Origin: an uncultured Actinomycetes bacterium
Lineage (GTDB): Bacteria > Actinomycetota > Acidimicrobiia > Acidimicrobiales > AC-9
Assembly: GCA_963731255.1 (NCBI GenBank)
Contig: CAVSUO010000006.1
Coordinates: 188,222-252,221, forward strand
DNA length: 64,000 nucleotides
Reading direction: 5' to 3'
Position numbers and translations under genes: made by a program
Notes under the pieces: generated by a model
What the model was told of the DNA's origin: nothing
The model's database searches: none
The model's input: only the letters and a program-made list of their open reading frames with translations
Shown here: one piece after another, positions 33,292 through 43,503 of the stretch
Layout of the letters: every line of letters begins with the position of its first letter
How positions within the stretch are numbered: the first letter of the stretch is position 1

Positions 33292-35553
33292 TTAGTCGAA
33301 GGGGCCGCTTCCGATCACATCGGCGCCGACCGGCTCCGGCGGGCCGGAACGCGGCGCCATGGCCGACGGCAGGGGCCGCTCGTGCACGACGGTCAAACGC
33401 CTGGTGGCACGGGTCAGAGCGACGTAGAGGGCCCGCAGGCCCTGGGCCTCCTCGTCCACGATCGAGGCGGGCTCGACCACGACCACCGAGTCGAACTCGA
33501 GACCCTTGACGACCTCGACCGGGACCACGGTGACGGGGAAGTCGAGCCCGTCGCGGCGGGCCTCGCCGAACGTGAGCCCGGTGGCGGTCAGTCCTTCGGC
33601 CAGCGCCGGCGCCAGCGAGCCTGGAGCCACGACGCCGACCGTGCCGTCGGGCACGACTGCCGCCTCCCGGAGCGCTCGCGCCGCCACCTCGGCGACCAGG
33701 CCCCCTGGCTCGACGGCGACCACGGCGGGGGCCTCACCGGTGACCCGCGCGGACCGCGGCGGGCGGACCCAGGGCGCCGCCACCCGCAGGACGTGGCTCG
33801 AGACCTGCATCACCTCGTCGGGTGTTCGGTAGTTGACGCTCAGCTCCACTGTCCGCGCCGAGCGTCCCGGCGCGAGATGGACGAGGACCTCGCTCCACGC
33901 CGTGGGCGCCACCGGGCCCGTCGCCTGGGCCAGGTCGCCAACCACCGTCATCGAACCCGACAACGATCGCCTGGACACCATGCGGAGCTGCATCGGCGAG
34001 AGGTCCTGTGCCTCGTCGACCACGATGTGGCCGTAGGACCGGGGTTCGTCGTCGCCTCTCGACGTGGGCGGCCCGAGCAGCACGCGGGCCTCGTCGATGA
34101 GCGGCATGTCGGCGACCGACCAGGGGATCTCCTCCAGAGCAGCGCTCCTGGGGCGGTACAGGGCGACCAGCTCGGCGTCGTCCAGACCGGCCCGACGGCC
34201 GGCGAGGCGCAGCAGGGGCGGTGCGCCGTAGAGGTCGTGGAGCAGCTCCTCGGGTCGCAGGCGGGGCCACATGCGGTCGATGGCCTCGGCCAGGGCGGGG
34301 ACCCGGCGGACCTCACCGACGAACTCGTCGTCCTCGATCTCCAGGCTCGCCACCCGGTCGGCCGCGCCGACCCGCGCCAGGGACTCGCGGTACTGGGCCA
34401 GCAGGCGGCGGCCCACGAGGGTCTCGAGCTGCCGACGCCGGGAGTTGTGGGTACCCGGTCGCCTGCGGACCGACGCCACGACCTCGGCCGAGTCCTGCGC
34501 CGTCAGGCGCAGCACGGCGGATCCGAACGGCACCTCGACGTCGCGGGCCAGCGGTCGTTGGCGGTCCCGAACGGCCCGGGCGATGAAGCTGGTCATGCGG
34601 ATGTCGCCCTTGAGGGCGGCGGTGCCCGGGTCATCCGACCCCCGGGCCTGGAGGCCGGGAACCAGGCTCTCGGCCGTGCTCAGGGCGACGCCGTTCTCGC
34701 CGAGCGAGGGCAGGACCTGCTCGATGTAGCGGAGGAACACCCGGTTGGGACCGACGACGAGCAGGCCCTGGCGCTCGAGGGGGAAGCGGTGGGTGTACAG
34801 GAGGTAGGCGGCGCGGTGGAGCGCGACCGCGGTCTTGCCCGTGCCGGGCCCGCCCTGGACGACAACGACGCCCGGCAGGGGGGCCCGGATGATCTCGTCC
34901 TGCTCGCGCTGGACCGTGGCCACGATGTCGCGCATGTGCCCGGAGCGGGACCGCTCCAGGGCGGCCAGCAGGGCTCCGGTGCCGACACGACCCTGGCCGT
35001 CTCCGTCCGCCGGCACGCCCTCGCTGTCGGGCGCCCCCGACGGCAGGGTGAGCAGCTCGTCCTCGATCCCGAGCAGGCGGCGACCCTCGGTCGAGAAGTG
35101 CCGTCGTCGGACGAGGCCCATGGGATGGCGAGCGGTGGCCCGGTAGAAGGGCTCGGCGATCGGCGCCCGCCAGTCCACCACCAGCGGCTCGTGCTCGGGC
35201 CCGGAGACGGCCAGCCGGCCGATATAGAAGGACTCGGCGCCGTCGCTGTGCTCGGGCCGGCCTCCCGGGCCGTCGCTGTACTCGGGCCGGCCTCCCGGGC
35301 CGTCGCTGTGCTCGGGGGCGGCCCGGTCGATGCGACCGAAGCACAGCGAATGGCGACCGATCTCGAGCTGATCGAGGCGCTGGAGGCTGGTGCGGACGAT
35401 CACGTCCCGCTCCTCCCGGGCCTGATGGGTGCCCCCCCTGCCCTGGTCGAGGACGGCCTCCAGTCGTCGCCGGGCGGCATCACGCATCGCCGCCAGCCGC
35501 TGGTAGGCGTTGTCGATGTAGGCCTGCTCGCTCGCGAGGTCGGGATGGGGCAC
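33292..35553 (-). CDS. helD: HelD-family SF1 helicase-like RNA polymerase recycling factor
   Basis: FGRID, YIGR, VDWRAPIA, DIVATVQREQDEIIR, GGPGTGKT, VVDEAQD, KGLEFD, YVALTRAT. Confidence 0.92.
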   Translation of the reverse strand: MPHPDLASEQAYIDNAYQRLAAMRDAARRRLEAVLDQGRGGTHQAREERDVIVRTSLQRLDQLEIGRHSLCFGRIDRAAPEHSDGPGGRPEYSDGPGGRPEHSDGAESFYIGRLAVSGPEHEPLVVDWRAPIAEPFYRATARHPMGLVRRRHFSTEGRRLLGIEDELLTLPSGAPDSEGVPADGDGQGRVGTGALLAALERSRSGHMRDIVATVQREQDEIIRAPLPGVVVVQGGPGTGKTAVALHRAAYLLYTHRFPLERQGLLVVGPNRVFLRYIEQVLPSLGENGVALSTAESLVPGLQARGSDDPGTAALKGDIRMTSFIARAVRDRQRPLARDVEVPFGSAVLRLTAQDSAEVVASVRRRPGTHNSRRRQLETLVGRRLLAQYRESLARVGAADRVASLEIEDDEFVGEVRRVPALAEAIDRMWPRLRPEELLHDLYGAPPLLRLAGRRAGLDDAELVALYRPRSAALEEIPWSVADMPLIDEARVLLGPPTSRGDDEPRSYGHIVVDEAQDLSPMQLRMVSRRSLSGSMTVVGDLAQATGPVAPTAWSEVLVHLAPGRSARTVELSVNYRTPDEVMQVSSHVLRVAAPWVRPPRSARVTGEAPAVVAVEPGGLVAEVAARALREAAVVPDGTVGVVAPGSLAPALAEGLTATGLTFGEARRDGLDFPVTVVPVEVVKGLEFDSVVVVEPASIVDEEAQGLRALYVALTRATRRLTVVHERPLPSAMAPRSGPPEPVGADVIGSGPFD
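35239..35316. repeat. 30-bp tandem repeat (~2.6 copies) inside helD
   Basis: Unit gccgtcgctgt(g/a)ctcgggccggcctcccgg, encoding PEHSDGPGGR/PEYSDGPGGR. Confidence 0.9.
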
Positions 35554-35685
35554 CGGAGCGTCTGGGGGGGTCTGCTGTCAGGCGGGAGAGACAATGCTAA
35601 TACCGTTCAGCGCCGAGGCCGAACCCGGCAGCCTGGCTCCGGGCTGCGCTGCCCCGGCCGACAGGGCCCCGGGTAACGTCGCCCC

Positions 35686-36718
35686 GTGCCCCTCGAGGAC
35701 ACCCCTTTCCTGCAGGCCTGCCGATGCCGGCCCAGCGACCGGGTGCCGGTCTGGTTCATGCGTCAGGCCGGTCGGTCCCTCCCCGAGTACCGCGCCCTGC
35801 GGGGTGACGGCAGCGTGCTGGAGGCCATCGCCCACCCGGAGCTGGCGGCCGAGCTCACACTCCAGCCCGTGCGGCGCTACGGCGTCGACGCCGCCGTCCT
35901 GTTCTCGGACATCGTCGTCCCGGTGGCGTCGATCGGGTTCGGCGTCGACCTGGTGCCGGGCATCGGACCCGTCGTGGAGCACCCGTTCTCGGGCCCGGCC
36001 GACCTCGCCCGCATCCGCTCCCTCGATCCCGAGAAGGACATCCCCTACGTGATCGACACGGTCCGGCTCGTGGTGCGGGAGCTGGACGTTCCACTGATCG
36101 GCTTCGCCGGCGGCCCGTTCACGGTGGCCAGCTACCTGGTCGAAGGCGGGCCGTCGCGCACCTGGGCCCGCACCAAGACCCTGATGCGGAGCGACCCCCC
36201 TACCTGGAACCAGCTCGTGGACGCTCATCGCCGACCTGGCCCTCGCCTCGCTGCGGGCCCAGGTGGAAGCGGGCGCCTCCGCCGTCCAGCTCTTCGACAG
36301 CTGGATCGGTGTCCTGTCTCCGCACGACTACCGGGAGCTCGTCCTGCCGGCCACACGGCGCATCTTCGCCGGGCTGGCGGACCTGGGCGTCCCCCGCATC
36401 CACTTCGGCGTCGGCACGGGGGAGCTCCTGTCGCTCATGGCCGACGCCGGCGCCGACGTCGTCGGGGTCGACTGGCGTGTGCCGCTCGACGAGGCCCGCC
36501 GCCGGGTGGGACCGGGGCGGGCGGTCCAGGGCAACCTCGATCCGGCGACCTGCCTGTCCCCGTGGGACGTGGTGGCCCCAGAGGTGCGCAGGGTGCTGGC
36601 CGAGGGCGGGGGGCCAGGGCACGTGTTCAACCTCGGCCACGGCGTGCTCCCCGAGACCGACCCCGACCTGCTTCGCAGGATCGTGGACCTGGTCCACGAG
36701 GAGGGCGTCCCCGGGTGA
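35686..36718 (+). CDS. hemE: uroporphyrinogen decarboxylase (1 indel)
   Basis: [38 protein letters not shown]. Confidence 0.95.
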
Positions 36719-38124
36719 CGTCTCCCACCGAAGTGGCGGTGGTGGGCGGGGGCATCACGGGCCTGGCCGCGGCGTGGGAGCTCGCCGGACCGACGGGCGG
36801 GCACCGCCCTGTCCGGGTGACGGTGCTCGAGGCCGGCACCCGCCTCGGCGGCAGGATCGACACGCTCGACCTCGGAGGTCAGCCCGTCGACGCCGGCGCC
36901 GACGCGTTCATCGCCCGGGTACCCGACGCCGTCGCTCTCTGCCAGGAGCTCGGCGTGGGCGAGCAGCTGGTCGCGCCCGCCGCGACCACCGCGCTCATAT
37001 GGAGCCGGGGCGAGCTGCGGCGCCTCCCCGAGGACACCGTGCTCGGGGTTCCGACCCGGTTGCGGACACTGGCGGCGTCGAAGATCGTCTCGGTCGCCGG
37101 GCTGGCCCGCGCCGGCCTCGACCTCGTCCTCCCCGCCGACACCTCGACCGACGACCGGCCCATCGCCGCCCTGGTCGACCACCGGCTGGGTCGGGAGATC
37201 CGGGAGCGGTTGGTCGATCCGCTCCTCGGCGGCATCCACGCCGGATCAACCGAGCACCTGAGCCTGGCCGCCTGCGCGCCGCAGCTCGACGCGGCGAGGT
37301 GCGAGCATCGAAGCCTCCTGCGCGGCCTCCGCCCGCCCGAGCGCGCACCTGCCGGCGCCCCAACTCCGGTCTTCCTCACCCTCCCCGGTGGGCCGGGACA
37401 GCTCGTCCAGACGCTGTCCGGTGAGCTGGCCGGGCGGGGCGTCGAGCTGCGCACGGCCGCGCCGGTCGAGAAGATCGAGCGGGACGACGGTCGGTGGCGC
37501 CTGGGCACCCCGCAGGGGATGGTGACGGCCGACGCCGTGGTCCTGGCCGTGCCGTCCTTCGTCGCCGCCGACCTGGTGGCGACGCAGCTGCCCGCGGCGT
37601 CCTCCGAGCTGGATGCCATCGAGCACACGTCGGTGGTCCTGGCCACCTTCGCCTACCCGGCCGCGGCCGTCTCGGTACCGCCGGACGTGAGCGGGTTTCT
37701 CGTGCCGCGGGTGGAGGGCCGGCTCATCACCGCCTGCACGTTCCTGTCGGCGAAGTGGCCCCACAGGGCGCGGCCCGGGCAGACCGTCCTGCGGGTGTCG
37801 GCGGGTCGCTGGGGAGACGACCGCGCCCTGCACCTCGCCGACGAGGAGCTCGTCCGCCGGCTGCGGGCCGAGCTGGAGGATGCCCTGGGCATCACCGCCA
37901 GCCCTGAGGCGGTCGTGGTGAGCCGCTGGCCCCGCGCCTTCCCCCAGTACGAGGTCGGTCACCTCGAGCGGTTGGCCCGCATCCGGGCCGTCGTGGCCCG
38001 TCAGCCGGGCCTGGCCGTGGCTGGCGCCTCCTACGGAGGCGTGGGCATACCGGCCTGCATCGGCCAGGGTCGCCGGGCGGCCCGGGACGTGCTCGACCAC
38101 CTTGCCGTGGGCGCTCGGCGCTGA
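36715..38124 (+). CDS. hemG: proto/coproporphyrinogen oxidase (HemY type)
   Basis: [39 protein letters not shown]; GTGA overlap with hemE. Confidence 0.93.
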   Translation: MTSPTEVAVVGGGITGLAAAWELAGPTGGHRPVRVTVLEAGTRLGGRIDTLDLGGQPVDAGADAFIARVPDAVALCQELGVGEQLVAPAATTALIWSRGELRRLPEDTVLGVPTRLRTLAASKIVSVAGLARAGLDLVLPADTSTDDRPIAALVDHRLGREIRERLVDPLLGGIHAGSTEHLSLAACAPQLDAARCEHRSLLRGLRPPERAPAGAPTPVFLTLPGGPGQLVQTLSGELAGRGVELRTAAPVEKIERDDGRWRLGTPQGMVTADAVVLAVPSFVAADLVATQLPAASSELDAIEHTSVVLATFAYPAAAVSVPPDVSGFLVPRVEGRLITACTFLSAKWPHRARPGQTVLRVSAGRWGDDRALHLADEELVRRLRAELEDALGITASPEAVVVSRWPRAFPQYEVGHLERLARIRAVVARQPGLAVAGASYGGVGIPACIGQGRRAARDVLDHLAVGARR

Positions 38125-38204
38125 GGGCCGGCGTCGGCCGTGATCGGTACCCACGGCGAATTTGGGAGAATCGAGGCAGCTGGGCCGGAGAGCGAGGTGA
38201 TGAG

Positions 38205-39032
38205 GTGGCCAGAGCAATCTGGAGCGGATCGATCAGCTTCGGGTTGGTGAACGTGCCCGTGAAGCTGTTCACCAGCGTGCGCAAGAAGGACGTGCGCTTC
38301 AACCAGCTCCACGCCGCCGACGGCGTGCGCATCCAGCAGAAGCGGGTGTGCCCGGCCGACGGCCAGGAGGTGGCGTGGGACGACCTGGTCAAGGGCTACG
38401 AGATCAGCTCCGGCCAGTACGTCGTGGTGACCAACGAGGAGCTCGAGGCGCTCGACCCCGAGGCCACCCACACGGTCGACATCGAGGACTTCGTCGCCCT
38501 CGAGGAGATCGATCCGCTCTACTTCGACTCGTCCTACTACCTGGTACCCGACGCTCCCGGAGTCAAGCCGTACCGCCTGCTGCTGGACGCCATGACCGAG
38601 AGCGGGCGGGTCGGGATCGGCTCCGTGGTCCTGCGCACCAAGCAGTACCTGTGCGCGGTGCGACCTCTCGGTGACGCCCTGGTGCTGACGACGATGAACT
38701 ACGCCGACGAGGTCTCGTCCACCGAAGACCTGGAGGGCCTGCCCGGCGCGGGGGCGGAGCCGTCGAGTCGAGAGATGAAGGTGGCCAAGCAGCTGATCGA
38801 ATCGCTGACGGCCGACTTCGAGCCCGACAAGTACCACGACACCTACAGGGAACAGGTGCTCCAGCTCGTGGAGGCCAAGGCCCAGGGTCAGGAGGTCGTC
38901 TCCGAGCCACCGCCCGAGAAGGCGGCACCGGTCGTCGACCTGATGTCCGCCCTCGAGGCCAGCCTGGCCGCCGTGAAGGAGAAGGGCGAGACGGAGGACA
39001 CCGCACAGGAGAAGCGACGCGCGACTTCCTGA
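38205..39032 (+). CDS. ku: NHEJ protein Ku
   Basis: RAIWSGSISFGLVNVPVKL, VKGYE, YHDTYRE, VVDLMSALEASL. Confidence 0.95.
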   Translation: MARAIWSGSISFGLVNVPVKLFTSVRKKDVRFNQLHAADGVRIQQKRVCPADGQEVAWDDLVKGYEISSGQYVVVTNEELEALDPEATHTVDIEDFVALEEIDPLYFDSSYYLVPDAPGVKPYRLLLDAMTESGRVGIGSVVLRTKQYLCAVRPLGDALVLTTMNYADEVSSTEDLEGLPGAGAEPSSREMKVAKQLIESLTADFEPDKYHDTYREQVLQLVEAKAQGQEVVSEPPPEKAAPVVDLMSALEASLAAVKEKGETEDTAQEKRRATS

Positions 39033-40549
39033 GGGTTCCTGCCGTCAGGATCGCCGCCGCCGGGTTGGCGGCCGGCGTGACAACGGCCTTCTCCCTGCCG
39101 CCCTGGGGCCTCTGGATCCTGGCGCCGGTCGGCCTCGCCGTGCTCTACCGCCTGCTGGAAGGCCGGAGCGCGCCGCTGCGAGCGCTGGTCGGGCTCACGT
39201 TCGGCATCGGCCTGCTCGCCATCGGCCTGTACTTCACGACCGCGTTCAACGCCGGCGGATGGGCGGTGCTGGTGCTCTTCGAGTCGGCCTTCGTGGCCGC
39301 GGCCTGCATCCTGGTACCCCCGGTGCGGGGACGGAGCCTGGCCTTTCCCGCCGTTCTCGTGTTCGCCGAGGTGGTCCGGGGGTCGTGGCCCTTCGGGGGC
39401 CTCCCGATGGGCGGCGTCCCCTTGGGCCAGGTCAGCAGTCCCATCGGCCCCGCCGCCCGGCTGGGGGGCCCGATGCTGCTGCTGGCCCTCGCCGCCCTCG
39501 CCGGGGTCGCCCTGGGTGAGGCGGCGCGCCTCGTACCGCTCGGTCAGGACGTCGAGCCCGGTCGCCGGGCCCGGGCAGCCACGACCGCGACGCTGGCGAT
39601 CCTGGTCGTCGTCGGTCTGTCCGTCGCCGGCGACCTGGCTCCCGACGGGGGAGGCGCCGTCGGCCGCGGCCGCGTCGCCCTGGTGCAGGGCGGGGGGCGG
39701 AGAGGCTTTCGGGCTTCGCAGGTCGACCCGGTCGTGGTGTTCGACGCCCAGCTGACCCCGAGCCTCGGCCTCCGTCCCCCGCTCGACCTGATCCTCTGGC
39801 CGGAGAACGTGCTCGACCTGAACGAGCCACTGCAGAGCTCCTCCGAAGCCTTCCAGGTGAGCGAGCTGGCGACGTCCAAGGCGGCCACGGTGGTGGCAGG
39901 TGTGACCGAGCCGGTCGGAAGGAACGGCTTCCGCAACATCGCCGTGGCCTGGGCTCCCTCCGGATCCGTCGTCGCGACCTACGACAAGGTCCACCGGGTG
40001 CCGTTCGGCGAGTGGATCCCGTGGCGCTCGTTCTTCGGACTGCTGGCCGACCTGTCGGCCGTGCCCCGCGACGCGGTCCCCGGTCACGGTCCGGGCATCC
40101 TCCGCACCCCCGCCGGGCCCCTCGGCGTGATGATCTCCTACGAGGTCTTCTACGAAGACGCCGGCCGGGCCGCCGTGCGGGCGGGAGCGCAGCTGCTCAC
40201 GGTACCGACCAACACCGCCTCCTACGCCACCAGCCAGGTGCCGACCCAGGAGCTGGCCACTGCCAGGCTCCAGGCCGTCCAGGAGGGGCGTGACCTGATC
40301 CAGACCTCGCCCACCGGCTTCACCACCATCATCGACCACCGCGGCCGCGTGCTGGCCCGGTCGAACCTGGGGTCCCAGCAGGTCATCGAGGGGTCGCCCG
40401 CATTTCGCACCGGGCTCACGCCCTACGCCAGGGCGGGGGACGTACCCGTGCTGGCAGCGGGCGGGCTGGCGGTGCTGGCCGCCTGGGCGCTCGAGGTGCG
40501 CTCCCGCCGCCGGCGCGCCGGCCACATCGGAGGTGACGACGCGGCCTGA
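39029..40549 (+). CDS. lnt: apolipoprotein N-acyltransferase
   Basis: SLPPWG, WPFGG, WPE, YDKVHRVPFGE, ISYE, PTN; start CTG 39029 or TTG 39065. Confidence 0.88.
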   Translation: MRVPAVRIAAAGLAAGVTTAFSLPPWGLWILAPVGLAVLYRLLEGRSAPLRALVGLTFGIGLLAIGLYFTTAFNAGGWAVLVLFESAFVAAACILVPPVRGRSLAFPAVLVFAEVVRGSWPFGGLPMGGVPLGQVSSPIGPAARLGGPMLLLALAALAGVALGEAARLVPLGQDVEPGRRARAATTATLAILVVVGLSVAGDLAPDGGGAVGRGRVALVQGGGRRGFRASQVDPVVVFDAQLTPSLGLRPPLDLILWPENVLDLNEPLQSSSEAFQVSELATSKAATVVAGVTEPVGRNGFRNIAVAWAPSGSVVATYDKVHRVPFGEWIPWRSFFGLLADLSAVPRDAVPGHGPGILRTPAGPLGVMISYEVFYEDAGRAAVRAGAQLLTVPTNTASYATSQVPTQELATARLQAVQEGRDLIQTSPTGFTTIIDHRGRVLARSNLGSQQVIEGSPAFRTGLTPYARAGDVPVLAAGGLAVLAAWALEVRSRRRRAGHIGGDDAA

Positions 40550-40558
40550 CCCGCCGCC

Positions 40559-41630
40559 CTAGGTCTTGTCGCTCACTCCCGCCGAGTCGAAGGTGGCCAT
40601 CTCCCGCACGATCCTCGCTGCGGCCTGGAGCACCGGAAGGGCCAGGCACGCCCCCGTGCCCTCTCCCAGGCGCAGTTCGAGGTCGAGCAGAGGCAGCAGG
40701 CCCAGGTGCTCGAGACCGACGGTGGCGCCGGGCTCGCTCGACCGGTGGCCGGCGACGCAGAAGGCGGTGCACCCCGGCGCCAGGGCCTCGGCGACCACGG
40801 CGGCGGCCACGGCGATCACCCCGTCGACCAGGACCGGGACGCGGGCGGCGGCTCCGCCCACGATGAAGCCGGCCAGGGCGGCGATCTCCAGTCCGCCCAG
40901 GGATGCAAGCACGGCCAGCGGGTCGTCACCGGGGACCGCTCCGAGCGCGCCCGTGCGGGCCAGGCCGCGTTCGACGACGCGGACCTTGTGGGCCCACTCG
41001 TCGTCACCGATACCGGTGCCCCTGCCCGTCACCGCCGGTGCCGGCCGACCGGTGAAGGCGGCGATGAGGGCCGCCGACGGGGTCGTGCTGCCGATCCCCA
41101 TGTCACCGGTGACCAGGCACCGTGCGCCCTTCGCCACCAGGTCGGCGGCGACGTCGGCACCGACGCCGAGCGCCGTCGTCGTCTCCTCGGCCGTCATCGC
41201 CGGCTCCTCGGCCAGGTTCGCCGTCCCGGGCCGAACCTTCGCCCGCACCAGCCCGTCGGCGGGCGTCGAGCTCGCGCGCCACACCGACGTCCACCACCAC
41301 GACGTCCGCTCCGACGTGGCGAGCGAGCACGTTGATGGCCGCTCCGCCGGCGCAGAAGTTGGCGACCATCTGGGCGGTGACCTCGGCCGGCCAGGGCGAC
41401 ACGCCTTCGGCCAGCACGCCGTGGTCACCGGCGAAGACGGCGACGACGCCCGGCTCGGGAACCGGTGGCGGCGACTCGCCGGCGATGCCCGCCAACTGCA
41501 CGGCGACGGCCTCGAGCCGGCCGAGCGATCCCCGCGGCTTGGTGAGCCGGTCGAGATGGGCGGCGGTCGCCCCCGCCGCCGCCTCGTCGGGACGGCCCAG
41601 GCGGGCCACGGTGTCGCTGAAGTGGGGCAT
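40559..41630 (-). CDS. cobT: nicotinate-nucleotide-dimethylbenzimidazole phosphoribosyltransferase (1 indel)
   Basis: LTKPRGSLGRLE, FAGDHGV, GDMGIG, LRLGEGTGA, EMATF. Confidence 0.95.
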
Positions 41631-41641
41631 CGGCGACCCGG

Positions 41642-42172
41642 TCAGTCGTCTGACGAGCCGGGACGGTCGAGGATGGCCTCGAGGCGGCCGTGACGGTGGT
41701 GGTGGCCGTGGTCGACGAACATCAGGCGGTTGAAGATGACGAACTTGCCCACCCAGATCACGCCCCATGCCGCCAGCGCCGAGAAGTTGACGATGACGGC
41801 CGTGCCCAGGTGGGACGAGGTGATGTGGGGTGCTTCGCTCTCGGCGATGTCGACGGCCAGGATGGACAGCGCCAGGCCGGCGAAGGCGAGGGCCCAGAAC
41901 GGCACGATCTCCTTCCAGAGGTGCGACGGCCCCGTCTTGCCCCACGCCCACCGGCGGTTGAGGTAGTAGGAGGGAACGGTCGCCACCGCCGTGGCGATGA
42001 TGTTGCAGGTGACGGCGGAGCCGAGCCGCAAGATGCCGAAGGTGAGGAAGAGGACGGCCTGGCTGACCGCCACCGATATCACGGAGACCAGGGTGTAGCG
42101 GACGGCCTTCCTACCGGTGGGCGTCGACGCCCAAGCCCTCATGTCGCTGGGAGCGAGGCTCACCCCCTTCAT
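41642..42172 (-). CDS. GtrA-family membrane protein
   Basis: RYTLVS, SYYLNRRWAW, KFVIFNRLMF. Confidence 0.85.
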   Translation of the reverse strand: MKGVSLAPSDMRAWASTPTGRKAVRYTLVSVISVAVSQAVLFLTFGILRLGSAVTCNIIATAVATVPSYYLNRRWAWGKTGPSHLWKEIVPFWALAFAGLALSILAVDIAESEAPHITSSHLGTAVIVNFSALAAWGVIWVGKFVIFNRLMFVDHGHHHRHGRLEAILDRPGSSDD

Positions 42173-42222
42173 CGTATCGTCATAATCCCGTCGACCGTGC
42201 ATCGTGACCGGTGGGCGCGGCG

Positions 42223-43403
42223 TCATGGCAGGTCGAGGGCGTTGGCCCTGGCCACGGACCCCAGCCAGGACGCACTCGGCCTGGGGTGGCGCTCGAAGGT
42301 CGTGCGGTCGACCCCCACGAGCCCGAACGTCGGGCGATAGCCGAGCGCCCACTCGAAATTGTCGAGCGCGCTCCAGTACGTGTACCCGCGCACGTCGATG
42401 CCGTCGTCGAGGCAGCGGCCAACCCCCTCCAGGGCCCGGCGAACGTAGGCGACGCGGCGCTCGTCGTCCTCGGTGGCGATGCCGTTCTCGGTGACGAGCA
42501 GCGGTATGCCGCCCGTTACCTTCCACGCCCGACGGAGGGTCGCCTCGAGCACCTCGGGCCAGAACTCGTAGCCCATCTGGGTCGTCTCCACCCCAGGCTC
42601 CGGGCCGAGGGCGCCGGCGGCGCCGACCCGCACGCGGCGAGTAGCACTGCACGCCCATGAAGTCGTCGGCCCGCGCCGCTTCGAGAAAGACGTCCTCCAT
42701 CGACCTGCGGATGCGCTCGACGGTGGCCTCGCCGCCGTCGACCGCCTGGTAGTCGGACATCGCCAGCGTGAGGCCGACCGGTGCCGTCCCCGGTCCCGGA
42801 CCGAATGGCGGCCGCCGCCTTGCCGTGGGCGTCGATCATCACCTGGTTCACCGTCCGCCGCAGCGCGGGATCGCGACTCCCGGGAGGGAAGATCCCGGCG
42901 AGGAAGCCCATCAGGGCCACGATGTTGGGCTCGTTGATCGTGCACGCCCATCCGATGAGGTCGCCGAGGTGGGCGGCTGCCCGCTCGCAGTACCTGACGA
43001 AGAGGTCGGCCGCACCCGGGTCGGCCCAACCGCCGGCTTCGACCATCCACCGCGGGCTGGTGAAGTGGTGGAAGGTGACGACCGGGACCAGGCCGTGCTC
43101 GTGGCAGCAGGCGCAGATCCGCCGGTAGTGGTCGAGGGCCGCGAGCGACCACTCCCCGCGCTCGGGCTCGATGCGGCTCCACTCCAAGGAGAAGCGGTAG
43201 GTGTCGAAGCCGAGCCGGGCGAGCAGGGCGATGTCCTCGGGATAGCGGTGGAACTGGTCGCAGGCGTCACCGCTGGGCTCGACACACCCCGAGCCGGGCT
43301 GGTGCTCCCACGCCCACCAGTCGTTGTTCCAGTTCCCACCCTCGACCTGGTGGGCAGCCGTGGCGGTACCCCAGAGGAAGCCATCTGGGAACCGGACCGC
43401 CAT
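42223..43403 (-). CDS. GH1 beta-glucosidase (indels)
   Basis: FLWGTATAAHQVEG, TINEP, VTENG, WSALDNFEW. Confidence 0.93.
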
Positions 43404-43422
43404 TCGGCAGACAGTAGTAGAC

Positions 43423-43483
43423 CGCCGGCCCGGGAGGCCGGCGCAGAACAGGGCGCAACGCCGGCCCGGGAGGCCGGCGCAGA
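43423..43483. repeat. duplicated 25-bp palindromic unit between divergent GH1 and tesB
   Basis: CGCCGGCCCGGGAGGCCGGCGCAGA at 43423 and 43459 (36-bp period). Confidence 0.9.
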
Positions 43484-43503
43484 CAGGATGGCAGTATGAC
43501 CCG

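Noticed and set aside
33382-35676. Long antisense ORFs (764 aa opposite helD; similar opposite groEL, lnt, otsA)
   Set aside because: Expected stop-poor shadow frames in very high-GC coding DNA, with no recognisable motifs.
35553-35686. helD as rifamycin-resistance helR with an RAE
   Set aside because: No RAE-like palindrome is visible upstream and the context is housekeeping.
29027-38124. Apparent fusions in the ORF track (QcrA-QcrB 913 aa, CtaE-QcrC 492 aa, HemE-HemG 812 aa)
   Set aside because: Each arises from an indel shifting into the next overlapping gene's frame; every gene has its own start and stop.
43423-43483. Palindromic repeats as a mini CRISPR array
   Set aside because: Only two units, an 11-bp spacer and no cas genes in the window.
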